This document shows, one piece after another, positions 29,318 through 38,469 of a stretch of 64,000 bases of DNA; position 1 is the stretch's first letter, and every line of letters starts with the position of its first letter. Under the pieces are notes generated by a model that searched no databases, was not told the origin of the DNA, and worked only from the letters and a program-made list of their open reading frames with translations. Position numbers and translations under genes: made by a program. The stretch comes from an uncultured delta proteobacterium (GTDB lineage: Bacteria; Desulfobacterota; Desulfobaccia; Desulfobaccales; 0-14-0-80-60-11). Where the stretch lies: NCBI GenBank assembly GCA_963812015.1, contig CAWETI010000002.1, positions 1,536,001 through 1,600,000 on the forward strand, written 5' to 3'.

Positions 29318-30661
29318 ATGCGGCAGACATCCAGGAAAATCGAGGCGCTCTTGTTGTTTATCGCCGTCATGGTTTCGGGTCCCGGGGCCGCGGCCGCGGC
29401 CGAGATGGGCGGGAGCCTCACTCTGAACCAGGCGGTTGACATCGCCATGGGACAACATCCGGCCATCAAGGAGTCCCGGGAAAATGTGGCCGCGGCCCGC
29501 TATAATATCGGGGTGGCCCGGGCCGCCTATTTACCCCAGGTCAATTTTGTGACGAATTATTATTACGGCAACGCCTATCCCGGTTATTCCAGTACTTCCA
29601 GTACCTCGCGAGTCACTGGAACGGCCGGCAGTATTGGCGGGCTCGGGGTGACCAATTTTTATCTTTATCAATTTCAGGCGAATCAACTGATCTACGACTT
29701 TGGCAAAACTCCTGGCCTGATCCACGAGTCCCGGGCCTCCTTTGGCCAGACGCAGCAGGATTACGCCGGCAACCGGCAACAGGTGGCGCTGGACGCCCGC
29801 ACCGCCTATTTCGGCTATCTAGCCGCCCAGCGGGCCGAAAAAGTCCAGGAAGAAACGGTGCGGCAAAACCAGGAATTGTTAAAGCAGGCCCAGGGGTTTT
29901 ATAAGGTGGGCCTCAAGGCCAAGATCGATGTGACCAAGGCCGAGGCCAACCTCTACGACGCCGAGGCCAACCTCATCAAAGCCAAGAACGCCGTGGACCT
30001 GTCCCGGGTCACCCTGATGACCGCCCTGGGATTGAAGACCTGGCCATTTAGCCAGGTGGAGGACGTGCTGGAAGTCCAGGCGCAGCCCCGGTCTCTGGAA
30101 GAACTGAAGTCCCAGGCCCTGGAGCGGCGGCCGGAACTGTTGAAAAATCGCTACCAGCAAGACTTTAACCAGGCCGGCATTAAAGTGGCTCAGGCCGGCT
30201 ATTTCCCCGTGCTGACTTCCACCGCAGCCTACGGCTGGCAGAGTGTCGCTCAACCGTTTGCCACCTTGCCCAGCAACTGGTATGTGGGCGCGGCGATGAC
30301 GGTGCCGTTGTTCGAGGGCTTGGCCACGACCTATGCGGTCAACCAGAATAAAGCGCAACTGCGGGCTACCCTGGAAAATAGCGAAGTGCTGCGGCAGAAC
30401 GTCAACAAAGAAGTGGAGCAGGCCTACCTGGATGTCAAGTCGGGTTGGGAGTTGATCCGGGCTTCCAAGAAGGCCCTGGAGGCGGCCCGGGAAAACCTGC
30501 GCCTGGCCTGGGGCCGCTACCAGGCGGGGGTCAGCACCATCATCGAAGTCACCGACGCCCAGGTACAATTTTCCCAGGCAGATTTGAAATTCGTACAGGC
30601 CCTCTATGATTATCGGGTATATGAGGCCAGGCTGGATAAGGCCATCGGCAAGCCGTACTAG
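29318..30661 (+). CDS. TolC-family outer membrane efflux protein
   Basis: signal peptide; two OEP repeats with AAYLP and AGYFP; RYQAG...IEVTDAQ. Confidence 0.9.
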   Translation: MRQTSRKIEALLLFIAVMVSGPGAAAAAEMGGSLTLNQAVDIAMGQHPAIKESRENVAAARYNIGVARAAYLPQVNFVTNYYYGNAYPGYSSTSSTSRVTGTAGSIGGLGVTNFYLYQFQANQLIYDFGKTPGLIHESRASFGQTQQDYAGNRQQVALDARTAYFGYLAAQRAEKVQEETVRQNQELLKQAQGFYKVGLKAKIDVTKAEANLYDAEANLIKAKNAVDLSRVTLMTALGLKTWPFSQVEDVLEVQAQPRSLEELKSQALERRPELLKNRYQQDFNQAGIKVAQAGYFPVLTSTAAYGWQSVAQPFATLPSNWYVGAAMTVPLFEGLATTYAVNQNKAQLRATLENSEVLRQNVNKEVEQAYLDVKSGWELIRASKKALEAARENLRLAWGRYQAGVSTIIEVTDAQVQFSQADLKFVQALYDYRVYEARLDKAIGKPY

Positions 30662-30664
30662 GCC

Positions 30665-31288
30665 TTACCAAAGGTGGTGGCGCGCCAACTCCCGTTGCAT
30701 ATCCTGGGGAGAGCGAAACTGCCAGGCCGCCAGCCCCTGACCCCGGGCCGCTTCCACAAAGGATTCCTTATCATCCAAAAAGAGGATTTCCTGGGGGGGA
30801 CGCCCCACCCGCCGGATAAGGGACTGGTAAATGGCCGGCTCCGGCTTGCGGCTGCGCACCTGGTAGGACAGGACGAAGGCCCGGAAAGGCTCCAGGATGG
30901 CGGCAAAGCGCGCCTGGATATAATCGAAGTGCAGGGAATTGGTGTTGGACAGAAGATACAGGGGAAAGCGGGACGCCAGGTGCTGCACCAGCCCCGTCAT
31001 GCTGTCCATGGGATCGAAGATGTCGCACCAGAGGTCGCAGAATTCGGAGTAGGAGAGGGCGACCCCGAAGTGGACCATAACCCGCTCGTAGAACTCCCGG
31101 GAGGAGATGCGGCCGGTATCGTAGCCCGGTTCCAGGCTGGAGCCAAACACCTGGGCAAAGACCTCCTGGGGGCTCAAAGCGGCCAGGGCGGCCAGGCGCC
31201 GGCAGAAGCGCAGGTGATCCACCTTGACCAGGACGTTACCCAGGTCAAAGGTGATGGCGGTGATTTGCCGGGGGGCGGGTGAGTTCAT
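30665..31288 (-). CDS. HAD-family phosphatase (YihX-like)
   Basis: FDLGNV, LSNT, RKPEPAIY, FLDD; ATG 31288. Confidence 0.88.
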   Translation of the reverse strand: MNSPAPRQITAITFDLGNVLVKVDHLRFCRRLAALAALSPQEVFAQVFGSSLEPGYDTGRISSREFYERVMVHFGVALSYSEFCDLWCDIFDPMDSMTGLVQHLASRFPLYLLSNTNSLHFDYIQARFAAILEPFRAFVLSYQVRSRKPEPAIYQSLIRRVGRPPQEILFLDDKESFVEAARGQGLAAWQFRSPQDMQRELARHHLW

Positions 31289-31529
31289 GGGCCGCTTGGT
31301 TCCTGGAGGTGCAGGCTTCCTGAATTCATGAGGTTTATTTAACCTGCTCCGTGCCCGGTGACAAGTCCCGGGGGACCACATTGTGATATAGTTGTCCCAG
31401 AAGGATCAGGCCGGACAGATGGCCTGACATCCCGCCGGGGGTGGATCCAGGGGGGTAGGGGCCGAGGTGATGGCCCCGGGTGGCGCCTGGAGGCCTTACC
31501 CGGCCAAATTCGCCAAACGGAGGTGCCGG

Positions 31530-31979
31530 ATGGCGCGCAATAAGGGCTGGACGTGGACGGTGATCATCAGTATGTTGGCGGGGGCCGTGGCTTCCAGTAT
31601 TTTTTGGCGGTATAGCCCCTATGGGCATGACCAGTTGGCCCAGCAGGTCGCCGAGGACTTGCAGGCCCAGCGGCTGCCGGCCACGGTGAAAGGCGCTGGC
31701 CTGCCCTGCCAGAAGCTGGCGACCCAGGCGATGGGACTCCGGTTCCAGATGGTGGCCGACAGCAAGCAGATCTTTTTGGTGGATCTAAAGAACGGCCGGG
31801 TATGGCGCTATTTCCACCAGACCAAGGCAGAGGGCTTCAGCCAAGAAGATGAAGGTTTTCTGCCCGTTGCCATGTTTTATGCCGGCCGGAAGCATTACGC
31901 GGCCTCGGAGATCGAGCCGCCCCCTGACCTACAGGCGAGTCCAGCCCCGGCTGCGCCCACGGGGAAGCCTTCCCAATGA
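31530..31979 (+). CDS. membrane-anchored hypothetical protein
   Basis: GGAGGT SD before ATG 31530; N-terminal TM; ATGA overlap with the rhodanese gene. Confidence 0.65.
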   Translation: MARNKGWTWTVIISMLAGAVASSIFWRYSPYGHDQLAQQVAEDLQAQRLPATVKGAGLPCQKLATQAMGLRFQMVADSKQIFLVDLKNGRVWRYFHQTKAEGFSQEDEGFLPVAMFYAGRKHYAASEIEPPPDLQASPAPAAPTGKPSQ

Positions 31980-32479
31980 GCCGCGTGTGGCGGCAGGACT
32001 TGGTCTGGGCCGGATTTATCCTGGGGATCGCGGTGCTCTTGGGGCTGGCGCAGCAGTGGCCCCTGGTGCGCCAATCCTGGCGGGGCGAACTCGCGGCCCG
32101 GCTGGAGCAGGTGCGGAGCCAGCGGCGCCAGGAACAGTTCCAGGGCGTAAAAACGATCAATCTGCCCCAGGCTTACGCCCAGTTTCAAGGGGGCCAAGCC
32201 CTGTTCATTGACGCCCGGAAGCCTGACGAGTACGCGGAGTTGCATATCTCCAAGGCCCTGAATATCACCCCGAGTATGCTGGAAGCCGGCGGGGCCGAGA
32301 AGGTGGCGGGCCTCGCCAAAGACCGGGAGATCGTGGTGTATTGCGACCAGGTTAGCTGCGACCTGGCCCTGCGGGTGGCGGAGCAACTCCAGGCCCTGGG
32401 ATTTACCCGGGTGACGGCCTTTGTGGGGGGCTTTAAGGCGTGGGATGAAGCCGGCTACCCGGCGGATACGAGTAAATAG
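31976..32479 (+). CDS. membrane-anchored rhodanese-like domain protein
   Basis: FIDAR, HISKALNI, VVYCDQVSC, GGFKAWDEAGYP. Confidence 0.88.
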   Translation: MSRVWRQDLVWAGFILGIAVLLGLAQQWPLVRQSWRGELAARLEQVRSQRRQEQFQGVKTINLPQAYAQFQGGQALFIDARKPDEYAELHISKALNITPSMLEAGGAEKVAGLAKDREIVVYCDQVSCDLALRVAEQLQALGFTRVTAFVGGFKAWDEAGYPADTSK

Positions 32480-32480
32480 C

Positions 32481-32789
32481 AGGGGAAAAAGGGAAAAACG
32501 CGAAAAGGGGAAAAGGAAAAACCAAGAAATTTTTCATATACAGCCCAGCTTGACCCTGTTCAGGAGAACTGTGGAAAATCTCTTAGGGACATGATTTATC
32601 ACTCTCAGGGTGCAATGAATTACGGGTCTGCCAAAGGTCATTTTGCGATAAGTTTCTGAAACTGGATCAGGTTTTTCATGCTTTTATATAATATTCGCAA
32701 TTTTCGCTAAGGTAACGAATATGGTTCTATTTAATAAAGATATTACCCGCTTTCCCTTTTCGCCTTTTTCCCTTTTCGCCTTTTCCCCC
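32481..32789. repeat. AT-rich spacer bounded by inverted octamer arrays (GG[C/G]GAAAA-like)
   Basis: left aggggaaaaagggaaaaacgcgaaaaggggaaaagg; right ccttttcgcctttttcccttttcgccttttcccc. Confidence 0.6.
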
Positions 32790-32809
32790 TATCTTTTTGG
32801 GAGTGAGCC

Positions 32810-33280
32810 TTGCGGATAAGCAGCAGCTTTATTGCCCTCCGGATGCTGGAAGTGGTGTTGGGCGGGCTCTTTGTTTACGCCGGCCTGCAAAAATCCTTGC
32901 ACCCCTATGAATTCGCCGAGGCCGTGCTGGCTTACCGATTGGTGCCGGAGGGCCTGGTGGGGGTGGTGGTGGCGGTACTGCCGTGGGTGGAGATCGTTGC
33001 GGGGCTCACCCTGGTTGTAGGGCTGAAGCGGCGGAGCGGCCTGCTTCTCCTGGCCGGCCTGGTGGGAGGTTTCCTGGCCATCATCCTCATCAGCATGGCC
33101 CGGGGGCTCAAAATCGACTGCGGCTGCGGCCTGTTTTTTCAACGGCAGGTGGGGCTGGTCGCGGTTATGGAAGATGCGGTTTTTCTGATCTGGGCTGCGG
33201 GGCTCTATGTTTGGGAGCGCCAGACGGCGGGTCGTGCCCACCCTATATTTTTTTCCCGAAAAACGAAAACCGAAAACTGA
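32810..33280 (+). CDS. MauE/DoxX-family membrane protein
   Basis: LFVYAGLQK, LPWVEIVAG, RGLKIDCGCG; TTG start after GGGAG. Confidence 0.85.
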   Translation: MRISSSFIALRMLEVVLGGLFVYAGLQKSLHPYEFAEAVLAYRLVPEGLVGVVVAVLPWVEIVAGLTLVVGLKRRSGLLLLAGLVGGFLAIILISMARGLKIDCGCGLFFQRQVGLVAVMEDAVFLIWAAGLYVWERQTAGRAHPIFFSRKTKTEN

Positions 33281-33289
33281 AAAATCCCC

Positions 33290-33991
33290 ATGGCCAGATT
33301 CTTTAATTTTTACGATCCGTTGGAGAAACGCTACGTCTTCAACAGCTTCCTGGTGGTGGTGGGGCTGGTGGAGATCCTCATCCTGGTCTTCACCCTCATC
33401 TGGTCAATGGATGAAGGCATCTTCACCGATCATCCGAAAATCATCCCGTTCCCCTGGACGGTATACCTGTTGGCCGCGTTCGTTGCCCCCATCGTCTTGT
33501 TGTTTCTCTTCGGCGTCATCATCCAGGGATTCGAACTGCTCTGCCAAGAGACCCCGGCGGACACCCCTGGCGGTCCCCGGAACCTATGGGGCCCCCGGCT
33601 AGGGCGGATTCGCTACCTTCTGGGGCTCCTGGCCTTCGTGGCGGTTCTGGGGCTCGCCCTGCAGGGGAAGAACGCCCTGCCGCTGGCGGCGGCGGCCATC
33701 AAGTTCGTCGGGCTGGGGGGAGCCTATGGGCTCGTCGCCCTATTGGCCCTGGCGCTGCTCTATCTGCCGCTGCGTCTTTGGCTGCAATACCGCCTTAAAA
33801 AGCAGGCCATGGAGTATCAATACCTTTTGACCCTGGCGGAGCGGCACGGGGTGGTGGTGGTGGACCCAAAACTCCATCCGGAGCTGGCGGCAGAGCTGGA
33901 GGCGAAAAAAAATTTATCCGCTCCAGCCGTAACTCTGCTGGCTGGTCCGGATTTTTCGGAAGACCCCGGCCCCAATAAATCGGACTTGTGA
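33290..33991 (+). CDS. hypothetical integral membrane protein (about 4 TM)
   Basis: ORF with coding-type bias and four hydrophobic segments. Confidence 0.65.
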   Translation: MARFFNFYDPLEKRYVFNSFLVVVGLVEILILVFTLIWSMDEGIFTDHPKIIPFPWTVYLLAAFVAPIVLLFLFGVIIQGFELLCQETPADTPGGPRNLWGPRLGRIRYLLGLLAFVAVLGLALQGKNALPLAAAAIKFVGLGGAYGLVALLALALLYLPLRLWLQYRLKKQAMEYQYLLTLAERHGVVVVDPKLHPELAAELEAKKNLSAPAVTLLAGPDFSEDPGPNKSDL

Positions 33992-34156
33992 AATTTTTCC
34001 TTTACACCCGGTGCCTTTTTGGGGTATGAATTGACATTCAGCTAATAAATTGCTCACAGTTCCAGAAACAGGGTAGGGGAGGTGATGCAAGGTTAGCTCG
34101 GAAGTTTTGGTTAAAGACCTTAAATCTTAAGGAAATCATTACGTTATAGGAGGGAA

Positions 34157-36235
34157 GTGGACAGTATGGATATTATGAGCTTTGCGTTGATTTGTGGTGC
34201 AGTGGGCGTGGCCTATGGCCTGTTCACCACCACCTGGGTCCTGAAACAGGATGCCGGCAATCCCCGGATGCAGGAAATCTCCGCGGCGGTGCGGGAAGGG
34301 GCCAATGCCTTCCTGAACCGGCAGTATAAGACCGTGGCCATGGTTGGCGCGGTGGTCTTCGTGCTCCTGTTCGCCCTGGGCAAATACACCGCCATCGGCT
34401 TCGTCATCGGCGCGGCGGGTTCGGCCCTGGCCGGTTATGTCGGCATGTACGTGTCGGTGCGGGCTAATGTGCGCACCGCCCAGGCGGCTTTCACCAGCAT
34501 GGCCCACGCCCTGAAAGTATCCTTCCGGGGCGGCTCCGTCACCGGCATGCTGGTAGTAGGCCTGGCCCTGTTGAGCGTGGCCGGCTACTACAAATTCTTG
34601 ATGACGGCTGCTCCCGAGCATGCCATGCACGCCCTGATCGGTCTGGGCTTCGGCTGCTCCCTGGTGAGCGTCTTCGCCCGGTTGGGCGGCGGCATCTACA
34701 CCAAGGCGGCGGACGTGGGCGCCGACCTGGTGGGTAAAGTGGAAGCGGGCATCCCCGAAGACGACCCCCGGAACCCGGCGGTTATCGCCGACCAAGTGGG
34801 CGACAACGTGGGTGACTGCGCCGGTATGGCCGCCGACCTTTACGAGACTTACGTCGTGACCGTGGTGGCCGCCATGCTGCTGGCCTTCACCGTGTACGGC
34901 GCCGGCTCCAATGCCATCGTCTTCCCCATGGTCATCGGCGGCGTGTCCATCATCGCCTCGGTTATCGGCACCTACTTTGTCCGGCTGGGCAAAGGCGGCT
35001 ACGTCATGGGCGCCCTGTATAAGGGACTGGCTGCGGCGGGCATTTTGGCGATCATCGCTTTCTACCCCCTGGTTAACAAGTTCATGGCCGGCGTGGCCTC
35101 TAAGGCCGCCCAGGGCGCCGTGGGTTTTGCGATTCCGACCTTTAACGTCTTCCTGCTGGCGGTGATCGGCGTATTGCTCACCGGGCTGATCGTGGGTATT
35201 ACCGAATACTTCACCTCCAAGAGCTTTAATCCGGTGAAGTCCATTGCCAAGGCCTCCACCACCGGCCACGGCACCAACGTCATCCAGGGCCTGGCCATGT
35301 CCATGAAGTCCACGGCGGCGCCGGTTATCGTCATCGTCGGGGCCATCCTGGCGGCCTTCCACCTGGGCGGCGGTTTGGCCCACCCCGGCACCGGCCTCTA
35401 CGCCATTGCGCTGACCGCGGTGGCCATGCTTTCCATGACCGGTATCGTGGTGGCCATTGACTCTTACGGTCCCATCACCGATAACGCCGGCGGCATCGCC
35501 GAAATGTCGGAACTGCCGCAAGAGATCCGGGACATCACCGATCCCCTGGATGCGGTGGGCAACACCACCAAGGCCGTCACCAAGGGTTACGCCATCGGCT
35601 CTGCCGGTCTGGCCGCCCTGGTGCTCTTCGCCGAGTACTCCCGCTCCTTCCCCGGGGTCATGACCTTTGACTTGTCCGACCCCCGGGTCATCGCCGGCCT
35701 GTTCATCGGCGGGCTGCTGCCTTACTTCTTCGCCGCTCTGTGCATGGAGGCCGTAGGTAAGGCCGCCGGCGGCGTGGTTGAGGAAGTGCGCCGTCAGTTC
35801 CGGGAAATCCCCGGCATCATGGAAGGCACCGGCAAACCCGAATACGGCACCTGCGTTGACATCGTCACCAAGAGCGCCCTGCGCCAGATGATGCTGCCGG
35901 CCCTGATCCCGGTGTGCGCGCCCCTGATCGTGGGCTTCATGCCCGGCCTGGGTCCCGTAGCCCTGGGCGGCATGCTCATCGGCTCCATCGTCACCGGCTT
36001 GTTCCTGGCCATTGCCATGACCTCCGGCGGCGGCGCCTGGGATAATGCCAAGAAGGCCATCGAAGACGGCCTCTACGGCGGCAAGGGCAGTGACGCCCAC
36101 AAAGCCGCGGTCACCGGCGACACCGTAGGCGACCCCTACAAAGACACCGCCGGCCCCGCCATCAACCCGATGATCAAGGTCGTCAACATCGTGGCCCTGT
36201 TGATCGTGCCCCTGCTCATCAAGTACCTGAAATAA
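34157..36235 (+). CDS. hppA: membrane-bound H+-translocating pyrophosphatase, K+-independent type
   Basis: [33 protein letters not shown] (Lys form), DTVGDPYKD; start may be ATG 34166. Confidence 0.95.
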   Translation: MDSMDIMSFALICGAVGVAYGLFTTTWVLKQDAGNPRMQEISAAVREGANAFLNRQYKTVAMVGAVVFVLLFALGKYTAIGFVIGAAGSALAGYVGMYVSVRANVRTAQAAFTSMAHALKVSFRGGSVTGMLVVGLALLSVAGYYKFLMTAAPEHAMHALIGLGFGCSLVSVFARLGGGIYTKAADVGADLVGKVEAGIPEDDPRNPAVIADQVGDNVGDCAGMAADLYETYVVTVVAAMLLAFTVYGAGSNAIVFPMVIGGVSIIASVIGTYFVRLGKGGYVMGALYKGLAAAGILAIIAFYPLVNKFMAGVASKAAQGAVGFAIPTFNVFLLAVIGVLLTGLIVGITEYFTSKSFNPVKSIAKASTTGHGTNVIQGLAMSMKSTAAPVIVIVGAILAAFHLGGGLAHPGTGLYAIALTAVAMLSMTGIVVAIDSYGPITDNAGGIAEMSELPQEIRDITDPLDAVGNTTKAVTKGYAIGSAGLAALVLFAEYSRSFPGVMTFDLSDPRVIAGLFIGGLLPYFFAALCMEAVGKAAGGVVEEVRRQFREIPGIMEGTGKPEYGTCVDIVTKSALRQMMLPALIPVCAPLIVGFMPGLGPVALGGMLIGSIVTGLFLAIAMTSGGGAWDNAKKAIEDGLYGGKGSDAHKAAVTGDTVGDPYKDTAGPAINPMIKVVNIVALLIVPLLIKYLK

Positions 36236-36278
36236 TATCTTGCAGGGTGCGCCCGGCGCCCCCTGCCTCGAACCAAGG

Positions 36279-36308
36279 AGCCGGCCCCGTCTGGGGCCGG
36301 CTTTTTTT
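36279..36308 (+). terminator. intrinsic terminator after hppA
   Basis: agccggcccc-gtct-ggggccggct followed by a T-run. Confidence 0.8.
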
Positions 36309-36363
36309 GTGGGCGATGTAATCGGCAACTTAGGGGAATTTGTGGTAATATGCTAATTGGCTT

Positions 36364-36385
36364 TATCTTTGCGTCTTTGCGAGAG
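36364..36385. repeat. octamer array, TCTTTGCG orientation (left boundary of cassette)
   Basis: tatctttgcgtctttgcgagag. Confidence 0.8.
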
Positions 36386-36389
36386 AAAA

Positions 36390-36773
36390 ATGCACGAAAA
36401 TGATATCACGAGACTGATTGTGGGTGCTTCATATAAAATACATACCACGCTAGGTCCAGGTCTCCTGGAGTCAGTTTATGAAGCCGTGCTTTTTTACGAA
36501 TTGGAAGAGCTGGGGTTGGTAGTGGCCCGCCAGGTTCCCATCCCCGTGGTCTATTCAGAAATTAAGTTTGATGAAGGCTTTCGTGCAGACTTGATAGTAG
36601 CTGGAAAAGTGATTGTAGAATTGAAGTCCATTGAGAAAGTGGCGCCTGTTCATAAGAAGCAGCTTCTTACTTACCTAAAATTGGCTGATAAGCGGCTTGG
36701 ATTGTTGATTAATTTTGGAGAGGCGCTGATTAAGTATGGCATTACTCGCATAGTAAACCAACTTCCTGATTAG
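36390..36773 (+). CDS. GxxExxY protein (PD-(D/E)xK nuclease-like fold)
   Basis: LGPGLLESVY, FRADLIV, IVELKS, QLLTYLK, GLLINF; low GC; ATG 36390. Confidence 0.92.
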   Translation: MHENDITRLIVGASYKIHTTLGPGLLESVYEAVLFYELEELGLVVARQVPIPVVYSEIKFDEGFRADLIVAGKVIVELKSIEKVAPVHKKQLLTYLKLADKRLGLLINFGEALIKYGITRIVNQLPD

Positions 36774-36774
36774 G

Positions 36775-36808
36775 CTCTCGCAAAGACGCAAAGACGCAAA
36801 GGCGCAAA
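36775..36808. repeat. octamer array (CGCAAAGA)x4 between GxxExxY and MTase genes
   Basis: ctct cgcaaaga cgcaaaga cgcaaagg cgcaaa. Confidence 0.85.
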
Positions 36809-36812
36809 TAAA

Positions 36813-38459
36813 ATGGACAACTGGAAAAACCAGCTTTTTTTCGGGGACAATCTGGAGATTCTGCGGAGCGGCCGTATTCCCGTGGGGAGCGTGGACCTGG
36901 TTTATCTGGACCCGCCGTTCAACTCCAACGCCACCTACAATATCCTGTTTGCGGAAAAGAGCGGGGAGAAGTCCGCGGCCCAGATCACTGCGTTCGAGGA
37001 CACCTGGCACTGGGGCGAGGAAGCCATGACGGCCTATGACGACGCCATGAAACTCGGCGCGCCCCGCCTGGCGGACCTGCTCCAGGCCCTCCGGGCCTTC
37101 CTGGGCCAAAACGACATGATGGCCTACCTCACCATGATGGCAGTGCGCCTGGTGGAACTGCACCGGGTCCTGAAGCCCACGGGGTCTTTGTACCTGCATT
37201 GTGATCCCACCGCGAGTCATTATATCAAGCTACTTTTAGATGCAATATTTAGCCCAAAGAATTTTAGAAATGAAATAATCTGGAAGAGAACCAGTGCGCA
37301 CAGCAGTGCCAAAAGATTGGGACCAATTCACGATACAATTTTTTATTATACAAAAACTGATTCTTATATGTGGAATCCTCTATATACCGAACATGCTGAG
37401 AAATATATTAGATCTCATTACTCCCAAATCGACGGCGAGGGGCGGAGATGGACTGCAAGCGATCTTACGGCAAACGGCATTCGGCATGGTTCATCCGGTG
37501 GGCCATGGCGAGGATTTGATGTTACTGCTAAAGGAAATCATTGGAAATTTAAAATTGAAAAATTAGAGCAATTAGATGCAGACGGAAGAATATATTGGCC
37601 TGCTGGTGGAGGCTGGCCACGGTATAAAAGATATTTGGATGAATTGAAAGGCGTCTCTCTTCAAGATTTATGGGATGATATTCCACCAATCAATGCAGTT
37701 GCCAAAGAACGCCTGGGCTACCCCACCCAAAAGCCCGAAGCCCTGTTGGAGCGGATAATCCAGGCCTCCAGTAATGAAGGCGATATCGTGCTGGACCCCT
37801 TCTGCGGCTGCGGCACCACCATTACCGTGGCGGAGCGCCTGCACCGCCGCTGGATCGGCATTGACATCACCCATCTGGCCATCACCCTGATCAAGAAGCG
37901 GTTGCACGACACGTATGGCCCGGAGTTGGCCCCTTATGAAGTGATCGGCGAGCCCGCCGACGCCATGGGGGCCGAGGCTTTGGCGGAGCAGAATCGCCAC
38001 CAGTTCGAGTGGTGGGCCTTGGGGCTGGTGGAAGCCTTCCCGGCCCAGGACAAGAAAAAGGGGGCGGACAAGGGGGTGGACGGGGTGATCTATTTCAAGG
38101 ACGACGCCGGCGGCGTGCATAAGAAAATCATCGTCCAGGTGAAGAGCGGCCACGTCGGCTCGGGCCAGGTCCGGGATTTGAAAGGGGTCCTGGAGCGGGA
38201 CCAGGCGGCCATCGGGGCGCTCATCAGCCTGAAGCCGCCCACCCGGGATATGAGGGTGGAAGCCGCGGCCGCGGGTTTCTATGTGCCGGAGCAGTTCCCG
38301 GAGCATCGTTTTCCGCGTCTCCAGATTCTCACCATCGCCGAACTCTTCGCCGGCAAGAAGCTGGAATATCCCCAATGGGCGCCGTCTTCGACCTTTAAAA
38401 AAGCGGCCCGCCGCCGCAAAGGCCCCAGCGATGAAGAGAGGCAGGGGGAATTGCTGTGA
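36813..38459 (+). CDS. N6/N4 DNA methyltransferase (beta order) fused to a C-terminal Mrr-like endonuclease-fold domain
   Basis: YLDPPFN before DPFCGCGT; YPTQKP; C-terminal DKGVDG...IIVQVKSG. Confidence 0.9.
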   Translation: MDNWKNQLFFGDNLEILRSGRIPVGSVDLVYLDPPFNSNATYNILFAEKSGEKSAAQITAFEDTWHWGEEAMTAYDDAMKLGAPRLADLLQALRAFLGQNDMMAYLTMMAVRLVELHRVLKPTGSLYLHCDPTASHYIKLLLDAIFSPKNFRNEIIWKRTSAHSSAKRLGPIHDTIFYYTKTDSYMWNPLYTEHAEKYIRSHYSQIDGEGRRWTASDLTANGIRHGSSGGPWRGFDVTAKGNHWKFKIEKLEQLDADGRIYWPAGGGWPRYKRYLDELKGVSLQDLWDDIPPINAVAKERLGYPTQKPEALLERIIQASSNEGDIVLDPFCGCGTTITVAERLHRRWIGIDITHLAITLIKKRLHDTYGPELAPYEVIGEPADAMGAEALAEQNRHQFEWWALGLVEAFPAQDKKKGADKGVDGVIYFKDDAGGVHKKIIVQVKSGHVGSGQVRDLKGVLERDQAAIGALISLKPPTRDMRVEAAAAGFYVPEQFPEHRFPRLQILTIAELFAGKKLEYPQWAPSSTFKKAARRRKGPSDEERQGELL

Positions 38460-38469
38460 ACCTTTGTGC

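Noticed and set aside
33986..34003. Possible Rex operator TTGTGAAATTTTTCCTTT upstream of hppA
   Set aside because: Only the left half matches TTGTGAA-N4-TTCACAA; three mismatches on the right.
34139..36328. 729-aa antisense ORF spanning hppA, and similar long antisense ORFs over serA, nuoD, manB and others
   Set aside because: Shadow ORFs expected opposite high-GC3 genes; no recognisable motifs.
36775..36808. Octamer arrays as a CRISPR array
   Set aside because: Units are 8 bp in tandem with no spacers, and no cas genes are in the window.
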